Counted from the first letter of the stretch, positions 47,752 through 58,700 are shown. The stretch: 64,000 nt of DNA from Anaerolineae bacterium (GCA_034435555.1 DAOTXC010000006.1:1435-65434), one strand, 5' to 3'. Made by a program: numbers and translations. The notes: generated from the sequence alone by a model not told the origin.

Positions 47752-48855
47752 ATGGACGAACACAAAATGCCCATCACGGTTATTGGAGCAGGTCACGGCG
47801 GCAAAGCGATGGCCGCTGATCTGGGGGCGCGCGGCTTCCAGGTGACGCTCTACAATCGCACGTATAGCCACATTGAAGTCATCGCCCTGCGAAAGGGCAT
47901 CGTGCTACTTACCGAAGACGGACGAGAAAACTTCGCCCCCATCCACAAAGTCACCTCTGAGATGGAAGAGGCACTGCAAGATGCCAAGCTGATCATGGTG
48001 GTGATCCCTGCCTTCGGCCACCGCGACGTTGCGTTTCAGGCAGCGCCCTATTTGCGAGACGATCAAGTCGTCGTGCTGAATCCGGGACGCACTGGCGGCG
48101 CGCTGGAGTTCGCGCAGGCCCTCCACGAGAGCGGCACACCGCATCGCCCCATCATCTGCGAAGCAGAGACCTTCCTCTTTGCCTCGCGCAGCATCGGCCC
48201 CGCCGAGGCGCGCATCTTCCGCACCAAATTCTCGGTGCCCGTCGCCGCCCTGCCCACGACCCACACAGAAGAAGCCCTGGCAATGCTGAACGTCGCCTAC
48301 AGCCAATTCATCCCCGCCAAAAGTATCCTCAACACCAGCATGAACAATATGGGTGCCATCTTCCATCCGGCGCTAACGCTGCTCAACGCCGGATGGATCG
48401 AAAGCACCCTCGGTAACTTCCAGTTTTATATGGAGGGCGTCACCCAATCTACGGCCCGCGTGCTGGAAGTCCTGGATCGCGAGCGTGTCACGGTCGCATC
48501 GGCGCTGGGAATCCAGGCTCAAACCGCACGCGAATGGCTCTATCGCGCTTACGCAGCCCAGGGCGACACACTCTTCGAAGCGATGCGCGCCAATCCCGGC
48601 TATCAGGGCATCAAGGCCCCCAACCGCCTGCAACACCGCTACATCTCTGAGGAGATACCGTGCAGCCTCATCCCCATCGCGCTGCTGGGCAGACAGTATG
48701 GCGTCGAGACACCCACCATGCACACCATCATCCATCTGGCTAACATCGTACATGGCGTAGATTATTGGAGTCGAGGCCGCACACCGGAGCGCCTGGGCAT
48801 CCAGGGGATGTCAGTACAAGAACTCCATCGCTATGTCAAGACTGGCGAACGCTAA
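47752..48855 (+). CDS. NAD(P)-dependent opine (octopine/nopaline) dehydrogenase-family oxidoreductase
   Basis: AAGGAG RBS. N-terminal Rossmann ITVIGAGHGGKAMA. Length and pattern typical of the Octopine_DH family. Confidence 0.55.
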   Translation: MDEHKMPITVIGAGHGGKAMAADLGARGFQVTLYNRTYSHIEVIALRKGIVLLTEDGRENFAPIHKVTSEMEEALQDAKLIMVVIPAFGHRDVAFQAAPYLRDDQVVVLNPGRTGGALEFAQALHESGTPHRPIICEAETFLFASRSIGPAEARIFRTKFSVPVAALPTTHTEEALAMLNVAYSQFIPAKSILNTSMNNMGAIFHPALTLLNAGWIESTLGNFQFYMEGVTQSTARVLEVLDRERVTVASALGIQAQTAREWLYRAYAAQGDTLFEAMRANPGYQGIKAPNRLQHRYISEEIPCSLIPIALLGRQYGVETPTMHTIIHLANIVHGVDYWSRGRTPERLGIQGMSVQELHRYVKTGER

Positions 48856-48875
48856 TTCGGCCCCCCTGAAACACA

Positions 48876-48912
48876 CTCCCGGCAGTTCTTCCGAATCGCC
48901 GGGAGTTTTTGG
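48876..48912 (+). terminator. rho-independent terminator
   Basis: ctcccggc-agttcttccgaat-cgccgggag followed by ttttt. Confidence 0.75.
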
Positions 48913-49094
48913 TATAGTTGCGCATTCCGCAAAAACGAATAAAGTTAGGCACAGTTCATTGTGGCAAGCAGAGCAAACGCGCCGCGCCACGATTGTTTTT
49001 GGGGCTGAAGGACGACGCGAATATTGTAACCGGTAGTCTTTGGGCAACGATAGAAAAGATTTTGAGATTTGCTGATTTTCAATGGAGGTACGTT

Positions 49095-50735
49095 ATGCGA
49101 ATTCTGGCCGGCGCCCTGGGCGATTGTGTGCACGTGGCCGGCGTGACGCGCTTTCTCAACCTGGCCGCCCAACAGGGCCACGAGACGCGCTTCACCGGCC
49201 CCGCCACCGATGTCGAGGCCTTTATTGATCTGGCGCACGCCTTCAACCCCGATCTTATCGGCGTGAGCTACCGCCTGACACCGGAGAACGCCCGGCATGT
49301 GCTGAAAGAGTTCTGGCGTCTGGTCGAGGCCGCCGGCCTGCAAGGACGACGCTTCGTCTTCGGTGGGACGCCGCCCGTGGCCGCCATCGCGCGCGAGCTG
49401 GGCGGCTTTGAGGCCGTCTTCGATGGCAGCGAACCACCCGACGCCGTGATCCGCTACCTGCGCGGCGAGACCCTCGACGCCGCCGAGGAGACGCCGCCCC
49501 CCCAAGAGACCATCGCCCGCATCCGCTGGAAAGCACCCTACCCGCTGCTGCGCCACCACTTCGGCATTCCGGCGCAGACCATCGCGCCCACCGTGGCGGG
49601 CATCGCACAAATCGCCGCCGCCGGCGCGCTCGATGTCATCTCCCTCGGCGCGGATCAGGATGCCCAGGCACACTTCTTCCGCCCTGACCTGCAAAATCCC
49701 GCCAGCAAGGGGGCCGGCGGTGTCCCCTACCGCACCGAGGACGATCTCCGCGCACTCTACGCCGCCAGCCGGCAGGGCAACTACCCGTTGCTGCGCTCCT
49801 ACTCCGGCACCGCCGACCTGCTCCGCTACGCCGACACCCTCCGCCGCACCCTCAACAACGCCTGGTGCGCCACCTCGCTCTTCTGGTTCAACGCGATGGA
49901 CGGACGCGGCCCGCTCAGCCTCGAGGTGTCGTTGCGCGATCACCTCGCGCTCATGGCCTGGCACGGCGAGCGCGACATCCCCGTCGAGGGCAACGAACCC
50001 TACCACTGGGGGATGCGCGATGCCCCCGACGTCATCTCCGTGGCGGTCTCCTACCTCTACGCCTACAACGCCAAAAAGGCCGGCGTGCGCGACTACATCA
50101 CCACCTACATGTTCGAAAGCCCGCCCCTGCTCTCCAACCGCATGGACCTGGCAAAGGCCCTGGCCCAGATCGCAGTGGCCGAATCCTTTGTAGATGATAC
50201 CTTCCGCATCTGGCGGCAGACGCGCACCGGCCTGCTGAGCTACCCGGTGAACGTACCCCGCGCCCGCGCCCATCTGGCCGAATCCGTCTACCTGCAGATG
50301 GCCCTTCAGCCTTCCCTCATCCACATCGTGGGCTACACCGAGGCCGATCACGCCGCCACCGCCGATGAGGTCATCGAATCGGCAGCGATGGCCCGGCAGG
50401 TCATCGCCACCGCCCTCCAGGGCCAGCCGGACATGACCGCCGATCCGCGCATCCAAGCGCGCATCGCCACGCTGGTTGAGGAGGCCCATGTACTGCTTGA
50501 GGCCATCCGCAAGCTGGGCGCCGATGCCGCCGAAGATCCCTTAAGCGACCCCGCGACCCTGGCCCGCGCAGTGCAGGTCGGCCTGTTGGATGCGCCGCAG
50601 CTCCGCCGCAACCCCTTCGCCCGTGGCGAGATTCGCACCCGCGCCGTGGATGGCGCTATCGTCGCTGTGGACGAAAACGGTCAGCCGCTCTCCGAAGCGG
50701 ACCGCATCCGCAAGTTAGGGTTGGGGCTGATATAG
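49095..50735 (+). CDS. cobalamin-binding domain (GlmS/MutS-like) fused to a glutamate mutase E (methylaspartate mutase epsilon)-like domain
   Basis: GGAGG RBS 6 nt before ATG 49095. N-terminus MRILAGALGDCVHVAG…VSYRL…FGGTPP mirrors the B12-binding DxHxxG…SxL…GG Rossmann domain starting at beta-1 as in GlmS. C-terminal ~410 aa show GlmE-like blocks (…LLDAPQLRRNPFARGEIR…). Confidence 0.45.
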   Translation: MRILAGALGDCVHVAGVTRFLNLAAQQGHETRFTGPATDVEAFIDLAHAFNPDLIGVSYRLTPENARHVLKEFWRLVEAAGLQGRRFVFGGTPPVAAIARELGGFEAVFDGSEPPDAVIRYLRGETLDAAEETPPPQETIARIRWKAPYPLLRHHFGIPAQTIAPTVAGIAQIAAAGALDVISLGADQDAQAHFFRPDLQNPASKGAGGVPYRTEDDLRALYAASRQGNYPLLRSYSGTADLLRYADTLRRTLNNAWCATSLFWFNAMDGRGPLSLEVSLRDHLALMAWHGERDIPVEGNEPYHWGMRDAPDVISVAVSYLYAYNAKKAGVRDYITTYMFESPPLLSNRMDLAKALAQIAVAESFVDDTFRIWRQTRTGLLSYPVNVPRARAHLAESVYLQMALQPSLIHIVGYTEADHAATADEVIESAAMARQVIATALQGQPDMTADPRIQARIATLVEEAHVLLEAIRKLGADAAEDPLSDPATLARAVQVGLLDAPQLRRNPFARGEIRTRAVDGAIVAVDENGQPLSEADRIRKLGLGLI

Positions 50736-50922
50736 GTAGCAGCGCCGCAACGATATTTTGACTTTTGAACTAAACCATAGGATAATAAAAAAAGGAAATC
50801 GTAAGAATTTGGTGGCGCGCACGAGGCACGAGGGTAACTGCGATTTGCATATCGCGCAAGCTCCCTGATGCACGCCAAAAAACTTGACGCTTCCCGGTTG
50901 ATCTGACCCAAGGAGGGGTATA

Positions 50923-53742
50923 GTGTCCGAGATTACCCTGCTGGAATACGAAACCGAAGTTGATGAGCTCATCGAAGAGGCGCGTTACCTCGAGGCGCTG
51001 GCGCATATCCGGCACATCCTCAGCCAGTACCCCCGCTACATCGGGGCCTACTACCTGCTGGGCAAAACGATGCTGGAAGCCGACCTGCCCGAGCTCGCCA
51101 TGGATATGTTCCGGCGCGTTCTTTCTGCCGACCCGGAGCACCTGCTGGCGCGGATCGGGCTGGGCATGGCCCACCTCCAGCGCGAGAACATCAATGGCGC
51201 AATCTGGAATCTCGAACGGGCCTTCGAGCTCAACCCTAGCAACCAGGACATCGCCGAAGAACTGCGCCGTCTTTACGGTCGCCGCGACGGTCTGGAGCCG
51301 CCACACGCGCCCCTCACCCAGGCCGGCCTGGCGCGGCTCTACCTCCGTGGCAATCTCTACAACCGCGCGGTCGAAGTATTGCAGAATCTCATCGTCGAGG
51401 AGCCTCAACGCGCCGACCTGCACCTCGCGCTCGCCGAGGCCTACTGGCGCGATGACCAAATCGTCCAGGCCTCCGACGCCTGCCAGCAGACCCTCGACCA
51501 CCTCAAATACTGCCTCAAGGCGAACCTGATCCTCGGCAACCTGTGGCTCGATAGCGGGCAGGAAGAGGGCGAACGCTATCTCAAGCGCGCCCAAGAGACC
51601 GATCCCACCAACCAAATGGCGCAGGAGCTCTTCGGCAGCCAGTCGGCCCTCAAACCACAGACCGTCTCGCTGGAACGGCTCACCTATCAGCCCGAAGCCA
51701 TCCCCGTTGACCGCGAATCCGCGTGGTTCAAACACCTGGAGAACACCTCGGTTTCTATCGGCATCTCCGAGGCGATGCCCGAAATGACCGACAGCGAGAT
51801 GCGCCTTGTGGATATCACCGCCGCTCTCGAAGCCCAGATCGAAATCCCCGACTGGCTCCGCGACATGGGGCCGCTGGATGGGGGCGATACCGACAGCTGG
51901 ATGGACGAGTTGGCTGCCATCGAGGAGACCGCCGCGCCACAGGATGACACCTTCTGGCTCGATGAGGCCGAAGCCCCCGCCGCAGCCGTAGCGGAAGAGG
52001 AAGGCATCCCCGATTGGATGCGCGAGCTCGAGCCTGCCGCCGAGGCCGAACCCTCCGCGCTTCTCGATGAAGATATCCCTGATTGGATGCAGGACCTGGA
52101 ACCTAGCCAGGATGCCAAAGCCAAGGCTGCCTGGATGGATGAGCTCACCGCCGCCGAAGAGGCCGTTGAGGATGAAAAAGCGCCCGACTGGCTCGGCGAG
52201 CTCCAGGCCCCCGATGAGACCGAAGCCGACGCCATGTTCGGCTGGGACTCCTTCGCTACCGAGGAAGAAGAGGTCGCTGAAGAGGAAGCGGGAGAACTCC
52301 CCGATTGGCTGCGCGAACTCGAACCCGCCGCTGAAGAAGCCATCGCCGACGAGGACGAAGAGGTCCCCGATTGGCTCAGCGAACTCCAGGTCCCCGACGA
52401 GGCCGCCGCGCTCCCCGAAGCGCCCGCCGCTGCCACCGAAGCCGACGCCATGTTCGGCTGGGACTCCTTCGCTGCTGAGGCTGAGGAGGAGGAAGTCGCC
52501 GAAGAGGAAGCAGGAGAACTCCCCGATTGGCTGCGCGAACTCGAACCCGCCGCTGAAGAAGCCGTCGCCGACGAGGACGAAGAGGTCCCCGATTGGCTCC
52601 AAGAAATCTCTGAGCCAGACACAATAACTGAAGAAGAAGAAGAACTGCCCGACTGGTTACAGGAACTCGCACCACCCACCGATGAGGAAGTCCTCGCGAC
52701 CGTGGATGAAGAGGAGCTACCAACCTGGTTGGATGAAATCCAGATCCCGGAAGAGCTAACCCTCCCCGAGCCTGAGCCTGAGCCGGAACCCGCCGCCCCC
52801 GACCTCGAGGGCGACATGCTCTCCGGCGACGACGCCCTCGCCTGGCTCCAGAGCCTCATCGCCGGCAAGGAAGACGAACTCCGCGCCCAGGTCGAGCAGG
52901 AGAGCGCCGCCCGCACCGCCGAAATCCTCGGCCGCAAGCCCGCAGCCCCCGCTCCCGAACCGGAGCCGGAGACCCCGGTCGCCGTGGCGGAACCCGAACC
53001 CGAACCCGAACCGGAGCCGGAACCCGTCGCCCCCGACCTCGAGGGCGACATGCTCTCCGGCGACGATGCCCTTGCCTGGCTCCAGAGCCTCACCGCCGGC
53101 AAGGAAGACGAACTCCGCGCCCAGGTCGAGCAGGAAAGCGCTGCTCGCACCGCCGAAATCCTCGGCCGCAAGCCCGCCGCTCCTGCCCCAGAACCGGAGC
53201 CGGAACCGCCGGTCGCCATTGCTGAACCAGAAGCAGAAGAGGACTTCTTCGGCTGGTCCACACTCAGCGAGGAAATGCCCGAACCTCCCGCGGTGCAACC
53301 GCAAGAACCCAAACCGCTCACCTCCTTTGGGTTCACAGATTTTGAAGAGGAAGCCCAGGCCGAGGTCGTTGAAGTCGAGCCGGAACCCGAACCAGAGCCA
53401 GAGCCAGAGATTGAAGCTCCCGCACCCGCAGCCGCGCCGGAGACCGAACTGGACGCAGCCCGCGCGCATGTCGCGGAGCACGAGGACGATTATCGCGCGC
53501 GCATCGCACTGGCCCGCGCCCTTTGGCAGGCGGACGAAATCACCGAGGCGCTGGAACATTACAGCGTCCTGATTCGGGTCAACCAGCGGATGGAAGATGT
53601 CATGGCCGATTTGAAGCGGTACGCCGCCGACCAGCCCCGCAACACCCCACTCTTGCGCACCCTGGGCGATGCCTACATGAAGAACGGCCTGGTCAACAAG
53701 GCGCTCGATGCCTACAAGCGAGCGATGCAATCCTATCGCTGA
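50923..53742 (+). CDS. TPR-repeat protein with long acidic PDW(L/M)-repeat low-complexity core
   Basis: AGGAGG RBS 6 nt before GTG 50923. N- and C-terminal TPR helices. About 10 (I/L)PDWL(R/Q)EL(E/Q)P motifs, PEPEPEPEP runs and two ~80-aa near-identical segments. Confidence 0.6.
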   Translation: MSEITLLEYETEVDELIEEARYLEALAHIRHILSQYPRYIGAYYLLGKTMLEADLPELAMDMFRRVLSADPEHLLARIGLGMAHLQRENINGAIWNLERAFELNPSNQDIAEELRRLYGRRDGLEPPHAPLTQAGLARLYLRGNLYNRAVEVLQNLIVEEPQRADLHLALAEAYWRDDQIVQASDACQQTLDHLKYCLKANLILGNLWLDSGQEEGERYLKRAQETDPTNQMAQELFGSQSALKPQTVSLERLTYQPEAIPVDRESAWFKHLENTSVSIGISEAMPEMTDSEMRLVDITAALEAQIEIPDWLRDMGPLDGGDTDSWMDELAAIEETAAPQDDTFWLDEAEAPAAAVAEEEGIPDWMRELEPAAEAEPSALLDEDIPDWMQDLEPSQDAKAKAAWMDELTAAEEAVEDEKAPDWLGELQAPDETEADAMFGWDSFATEEEEVAEEEAGELPDWLRELEPAAEEAIADEDEEVPDWLSELQVPDEAAALPEAPAAATEADAMFGWDSFAAEAEEEEVAEEEAGELPDWLRELEPAAEEAVADEDEEVPDWLQEISEPDTITEEEEELPDWLQELAPPTDEEVLATVDEEELPTWLDEIQIPEELTLPEPEPEPEPAAPDLEGDMLSGDDALAWLQSLIAGKEDELRAQVEQESAARTAEILGRKPAAPAPEPEPETPVAVAEPEPEPEPEPEPVAPDLEGDMLSGDDALAWLQSLTAGKEDELRAQVEQESAARTAEILGRKPAAPAPEPEPEPPVAIAEPEAEEDFFGWSTLSEEMPEPPAVQPQEPKPLTSFGFTDFEEEAQAEVVEVEPEPEPEPEPEIEAPAPAAAPETELDAARAHVAEHEDDYRARIALARALWQADEITEALEHYSVLIRVNQRMEDVMADLKRYAADQPRNTPLLRTLGDAYMKNGLVNKALDAYKRAMQSYR
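51840..53420 (+). repeat. in-frame tandem and dispersed DNA repeats encoding the acidic repeat region
   Basis: The ~230-bp duplications at ~52795..53030 and ~53030..53260 are near-identical at the DNA level, as are shorter repeats around 52230..52600. Confidence 0.7.
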
Positions 53743-53782
53743 TTCGCCGATTCGCTGACTCGATTACTCATAGGAGGTCATC

Positions 53783-54244
53783 TTGGAACAGACTCTCATC
53801 ATCCTCAAACCGGATGCCGTGCAACGCGGCTTGATAGGCGAACTGATAGGCCGGATCGAGCGGCGAGGGCTGCGCATCGCGGCCCTCAAGATGATGCGCA
53901 TCACCCCGGAACTGGCGGAGCGCCACTACGGCGAGCACGAGGGCAAGCCCTTCTACGAACCGCTGGTCAAATTCATCACCAGTGCGCCGGTCGTCGCCAT
54001 GGTCGTCACCGGGCCACAGGCGATCACGCTCATGCGCACGATGATGGGAAAAACCGATTGCAAGCAGGCCGATCCCGGCACTATCCGTGGCGACTACGGC
54101 CTCTCCAACCGCCACAATCTGGTGCATGGTTCCGATAGCCCCGAATCTGCTGCGCGCGAGATCGCCCTCTTCTTCACGCCCGATGAGATCCACTCCTACC
54201 AGCGCGCGCTGGAACCCTGGGTTGATCCCGACGCCAGCTGGTAG
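53783..54244 (+). CDS. ndk: nucleoside diphosphate kinase
   Basis: TTG start after AGGAGG. NLVHGSDS active-site His. 153 aa. Confidence 0.9.
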   Translation: MEQTLIILKPDAVQRGLIGELIGRIERRGLRIAALKMMRITPELAERHYGEHEGKPFYEPLVKFITSAPVVAMVVTGPQAITLMRTMMGKTDCKQADPGTIRGDYGLSNRHNLVHGSDSPESAAREIALFFTPDEIHSYQRALEPWVDPDASW

Positions 54245-54369
54245 CCAAACCTGAGTCACACTTTACCGCGCCCGGTGGGTCCAATGGACACTTGCCGGGC
54301 GCGGCGATTTGCCAACCCGTCCCTTTCGTGATAAACTTCTCTGCTGCAAGTCACATGCAAGGAGTCACT

Positions 54370-55140
54370 ATGCGGTCAGCGAAAGCCTTATATTACGGAA
54401 TCATTGTGGTACTACTTCTGGCGCTCAACGGAGCCGGACACAGCCTGGCGGCCCCGCTGGCGCAGGATTCGGTGTGGAATGTCACCTACCCTACTGACGG
54501 CGCTGTCGTCAGTGGCGAAGTCACCATCACCGGCACCGCCACCCACGCCAACTTCAACTCCTACGGCCTGCTCTATGCCGCCGGCCCGAACCCCACGGAG
54601 CAATCCAACTGGATCCCCATTGTCCTCAATGTGCAAACCATGGTCGTCAATGGACCGCTTGCATCCTGGGATACCACCCAAATCCCTAACGGGCAATATA
54701 CCCTGGCGCTGGCCGTCTACGAAGTAGGTAACGATACCCCCAATTTGCACTTCGTCAATAGCATCACCGTGCAGAACGAAGCCGCCACCCCCACGCCCGC
54801 GCCCACCGACACCCCCATGCCTGAAGAGACCACCGATCCCGGCGTGACCGATCCTGGCGTTGGCCCGGTCGTCCCCACCATCGAGCAGCCGCCCACCGCC
54901 ACGCCCCGGCCCACCGCCACACCCGACCCAGGGGGCGTCATTGAAGATGATGTCCAGACCCCAACCGAAGGTGCTGCCGCCATTGACGCGCTCTTCGCAC
55001 CGGGCGCGCTCAAAGAAGCCTTCTGTCAGGGCGCGTGGATTGCCGTGCTCATCTATGTCATCGGCGGGCTTTACCTGGCCGCCAAGGCCGCCTGGCGCTA
55101 CTACCGACGCCAACAGTACCGCAGCAGGGTCAATGGCTGA
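54370..55140 (+). CDS. hypothetical secreted Pro/Thr-rich protein with C-terminal membrane anchor
   Basis: AGGAG RBS. Signal peptide, PT-rich linker and C-terminal TM. Its stop overlaps the pth start. Confidence 0.45.
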   Translation: MRSAKALYYGIIVVLLLALNGAGHSLAAPLAQDSVWNVTYPTDGAVVSGEVTITGTATHANFNSYGLLYAAGPNPTEQSNWIPIVLNVQTMVVNGPLASWDTTQIPNGQYTLALAVYEVGNDTPNLHFVNSITVQNEAATPTPAPTDTPMPEETTDPGVTDPGVGPVVPTIEQPPTATPRPTATPDPGGVIEDDVQTPTEGAAAIDALFAPGALKEAFCQGAWIAVLIYVIGGLYLAAKAAWRYYRRQQYRSRVNG

Positions 55141-55717
55141 TTTCACCCTGATCGTCGGACTCGGCAATCCAGGCCCGCGCTACGCACAAAATCGCCACAA
55201 TATCGGCTTTCAGACCGTCGAAGCGCTCGCTAAGGCGGGCGGACTGGAGTTCACCCGCACCGAGCACCACGCCCGCACCGCGCATGGCACATTGGCCGGT
55301 GAGCGCGTCATCCTGGCCCAGCCCCAGACGTGGATGAACGAGAGCGGCAAGGCCGTCGCACCCCTGCTGCGCTTCTACAAAGTCCCGCTCGACCGCCTGC
55401 TCGTCATCTACGACGATCTCGACATCCCCTTGGGCGCGCTCCGCTTCCGCCCCGCAGGCAGCGACGGCGGACACCGGGGCATCCGCTCCATCATCCAGCA
55501 CCTGGGCGATCAGAGCTTCCCCCGCCTGCGACTCGGCATCGGACGGCCACCGGGACAGATGGACCCTGCCGCCTACGTACTGCAAAACTTCAGCGAAGAT
55601 GAAGCCCCCGTGCTGTGGGATGTGCTGCGGCTCGCCTGCGATACCGTCCACACCTGGCTGCGCGAGGCCGACCCAACTCTCGACCGTGGCACGACCCTGT
55701 ACGTAACCGCACCGTAG
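55133..55717 (+). CDS. pth: peptidyl-tRNA hydrolase
   Basis: LIVGLGNPG motif. 194 aa. Overlaps the upstream stop (ATGGCTGA). Confidence 0.85.
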   Translation: MADFTLIVGLGNPGPRYAQNRHNIGFQTVEALAKAGGLEFTRTEHHARTAHGTLAGERVILAQPQTWMNESGKAVAPLLRFYKVPLDRLLVIYDDLDIPLGALRFRPAGSDGGHRGIRSIIQHLGDQSFPRLRLGIGRPPGQMDPAAYVLQNFSEDEAPVLWDVLRLACDTVHTWLREADPTLDRGTTLYVTAP

Positions 55718-55735
55718 TTGTTCCAAAGGAGAAAC

Positions 55736-58700
55736 GTGAGCGCACCCTTCCACGGCCTGCTTGAGTGGATCGAGGCACATCCGGCCTACGTGAAGCTACA
55801 ACAGCAGCTCCAGACCGGGCTGGAGCTCCCTCCCCAGCCGCTCCTGCCTGCGGCGACCCCGGCGCTGCTCGCTACTCTTACCCCGCACCTCGAAGTGCCC
55901 CTCCTCGTCGTCGTGCCCGGTGTTGAAGAGAGCCGCCGCCTATTGCAAGCCCTGCGCTTCTGGCTCGGGCCGGATGCGCCACTGCTCCCCTACCCGGAAC
56001 CACCCACCCTACCCTACGAGCACGCCCCCTGGACGCCGGAGACCATCGCCGACCGCACCCACGTGCTCGCCACACTCTTCCTGCACCGCATGGGCGCACA
56101 GGAGGGCCAACCGCCGCTCATCGTGGCCTCGCTGCGGGCGTTGATGCAGCGGACGCTTCCCTATCGCCAGTTCCGCCGCGCCGCCCGCCATCTCGAACCG
56201 GGCCACCGTGAACCGCTCACGAGCCTCATCCGCCATTGCAGCAACATCGGCTACGAAGCCGTCAGCGTCGTCGAAACGCCGGGGCAGTACAGCCACCGTG
56301 GCGGCATCCTCGACATCTTCCCGCCGCACACCCCCACCCCCTACCGGTTGGAGTTTTTTGGCGACGAGATTGATTCGCTGCGCACCTTCGATCCTGCTAC
56401 GCAACGCTCCATCGCGCGCGCGGCGGGCTTCTGGCTCACGCCTGTGCGGGAGGCGCTCCCCCGCGACAGCGAGCGCGCCCGCCTGGCCCTCGACCGCCTG
56501 CTCACCCGCCCCATCCCGCCCGAATTGCACGGGCAGCTCGAACAAGAACGCCAGGCGCTCGAGGCCGGGGTTCCCTTCCCCACGCTGGAGTATTACCTCC
56601 CCTACCTTTACCAGGAGGTCGGCGCGCTACCGCACCATCTGCCCGACGAGGCGCTGGTGGTGCTCTACAACGCCCCGCAGCACGCCCCGCGCTGGGCCGC
56701 CCTCGAAGCCGAGGCGCTGGCGCAGCGCGAGCGCGCCACTGCAGAGAACCTCCTCCCGTCCGATGCCCCCAGCCCCATCCTCACCTGGGAACATTGGCAA
56801 GAGGCGCTGGGCGGACGGCGCACGCTGGCCTTCGGCTACGACGAAAGCGCCCCACTCGGTGAGGCGCTCAGCGCCGGGCCGCACTTCGCCGGGCGGCTCG
56901 ATGAGGCGATGGGCCGCATCCGCCAGTGGGTCTCCATCGGCGATCAGGTCGTCGTGCTCAGCCGGCAGGCCGAGCGGCTGGCCGAACTCTGGCAGGATTT
57001 CACCTCGCCGCCGGTGCTCAAAGCGCTGCCCCAAGCGCCGCAAAGCCTCATCACCTTCGTGAACGCGAGCGCGCCCGGCGGCTGGCAGCTGCACACCACC
57101 GCCGGGACACGCCACCTCATCACCGATGAGGAGCTCTTCGGCTGGCAATTGCCCGAACCGCGCCGCCGCCCGCGCCGCCGCGTTACGGCCCCCGAATTCC
57201 CCTTCGCCGACCTGGAACCGGGGAACGCCGTCGTCCACGAGGACTACGGCATTGGTCTCTTCCAGGGGCTGGTCCAGCGCAGCGTGGACGACATCACCCG
57301 CGAGTATCTGCTGCTGGAATACGCCGGGCGCGACCGCCTCTACGTCCCCATCCACCAGGCCGACCGGCTGAGCCGCTATGTGGGGCCGGAGAGCTTCACG
57401 CCATCGCTCAGTCGGCTGGGCAGCGCGGAGTGGAGCGAGGCCAAGACGCGCGTCCGTCAGGCTACCGCGGAGATGGCCCGCGAGCTGCTGGAGCTCTACG
57501 CCGCCCGGCAGATTGTGGAGGGGTACGCCTTCGCGCCCGACACGCCCTGGCAGGCCGAGCTCGAGGCGGCCTTCCCCTACATCGAGACGGAGGATCAGCT
57601 GCAGGCGATTGCCGCCGTCAAAGAGGATATGGAGCAGACGCGCCCGATGGATCGCCTCATCTGCGGCGACGCGGGCTACGGCAAGACCGAGGTCGCGCTG
57701 CGAGCCGCCTTCAAAGCGGTGATGGATGACAAACAGGTCGCCCTGCTCGTGCCCACCACGGTGCTGGCGCAGCAACATTTCCAGACCTTCCAGCAGCGCC
57801 TGGCCCCCTTCCCCGTGCGCGTGGAACTGCTCTCCCGCTTCCGCACCGGCGCGGAGCAGCGGCAGGTATTGGCTGAGATGACCGCCGGGCAAGTGGACAT
57901 TGTCATTGGAACGCATCGCCTCCTCCAGAAGGATGTGAGGTTCAAGGATTTGGGGCTGGTCATTATTGATGAGGAACAACGCTTCGGGGTCGGCCACAAG
58001 GAGCGGCTCAAGCAGCTGCGCACCGAGGTGGATGTACTCACGCTCACCGCCACCCCCATCCCCCGCACGCTCTACATGGCGCTGACCGGCGTGCGCGATG
58101 TGAATATCATCGAGACGCCGCCTCAGGAGCGGCTGCCCATCTCCACCTACGTCGGCCCCTACGAAGCCGACATCGCCCGCCGGGCGATCCTGCGGGAGGT
58201 ACAACGGGGCGGGCAGGTCTTCTACGTGCACAACCGCGTGGAATCCATCCGCAGCGTCGCCTCGCGGCTCCAGCAGCTGGCGCCGGAGGCGCGCATCGGC
58301 GTGGGGCACGGGCGGATGCGCGAGCGGGAGTTGGAGCGGGTGATGCAGAAATTCACGGGGGGGGAGATTGATGTACTGCTGGCGACAACGATCATCGAGA
58401 GCGGGCTGGATTTCCCCAACGCAAACACGCTCATCGTGGAGCGGGCTGACCGCTTTGGATTGGCGCAACTCTACCAGTTGCGCGGGCGCGTGGGCCGGGG
58501 GACGCGCCGGGGCTACGCCTATTTCTTCCACGGGCGGCGCGTCAAAGATGAGGCCCGGCAGCGGCTGGACGCGCTGCAAGAGACCGGCAGCGTGGGCGGC
58601 GGCTTCTCTATCGCGCTACGCGATCTGGAGCTGCGCGGCGCGGGCGATTTGCTGGGCACGCGCCAACACGGGAGCATCGCCGCAGTGGGCTTCACGCTCT

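Noticed and set aside
48913-49094. Possible cobalamin riboswitch in front of the B12-domain gene
   Set aside because: No B12-box-like (GCCACTG-type) consensus or characteristic paired elements seen by eye. Left as unknown leader.
51687-53336. 549-aa Ser/Gly-rich minus-strand ORF inside the TPR-acidic repeat gene
   Set aside because: It is the antisense frame of GAA/GAG-rich repeats, so serine codons arise trivially and no start context exists.
55718-55735. TTG at 55718 as mfd start (ORF-track start)
   Set aside because: AAGGAG at 55726..55731 is positioned for GTG 55736. The TTG would place the RBS inside the coding region.
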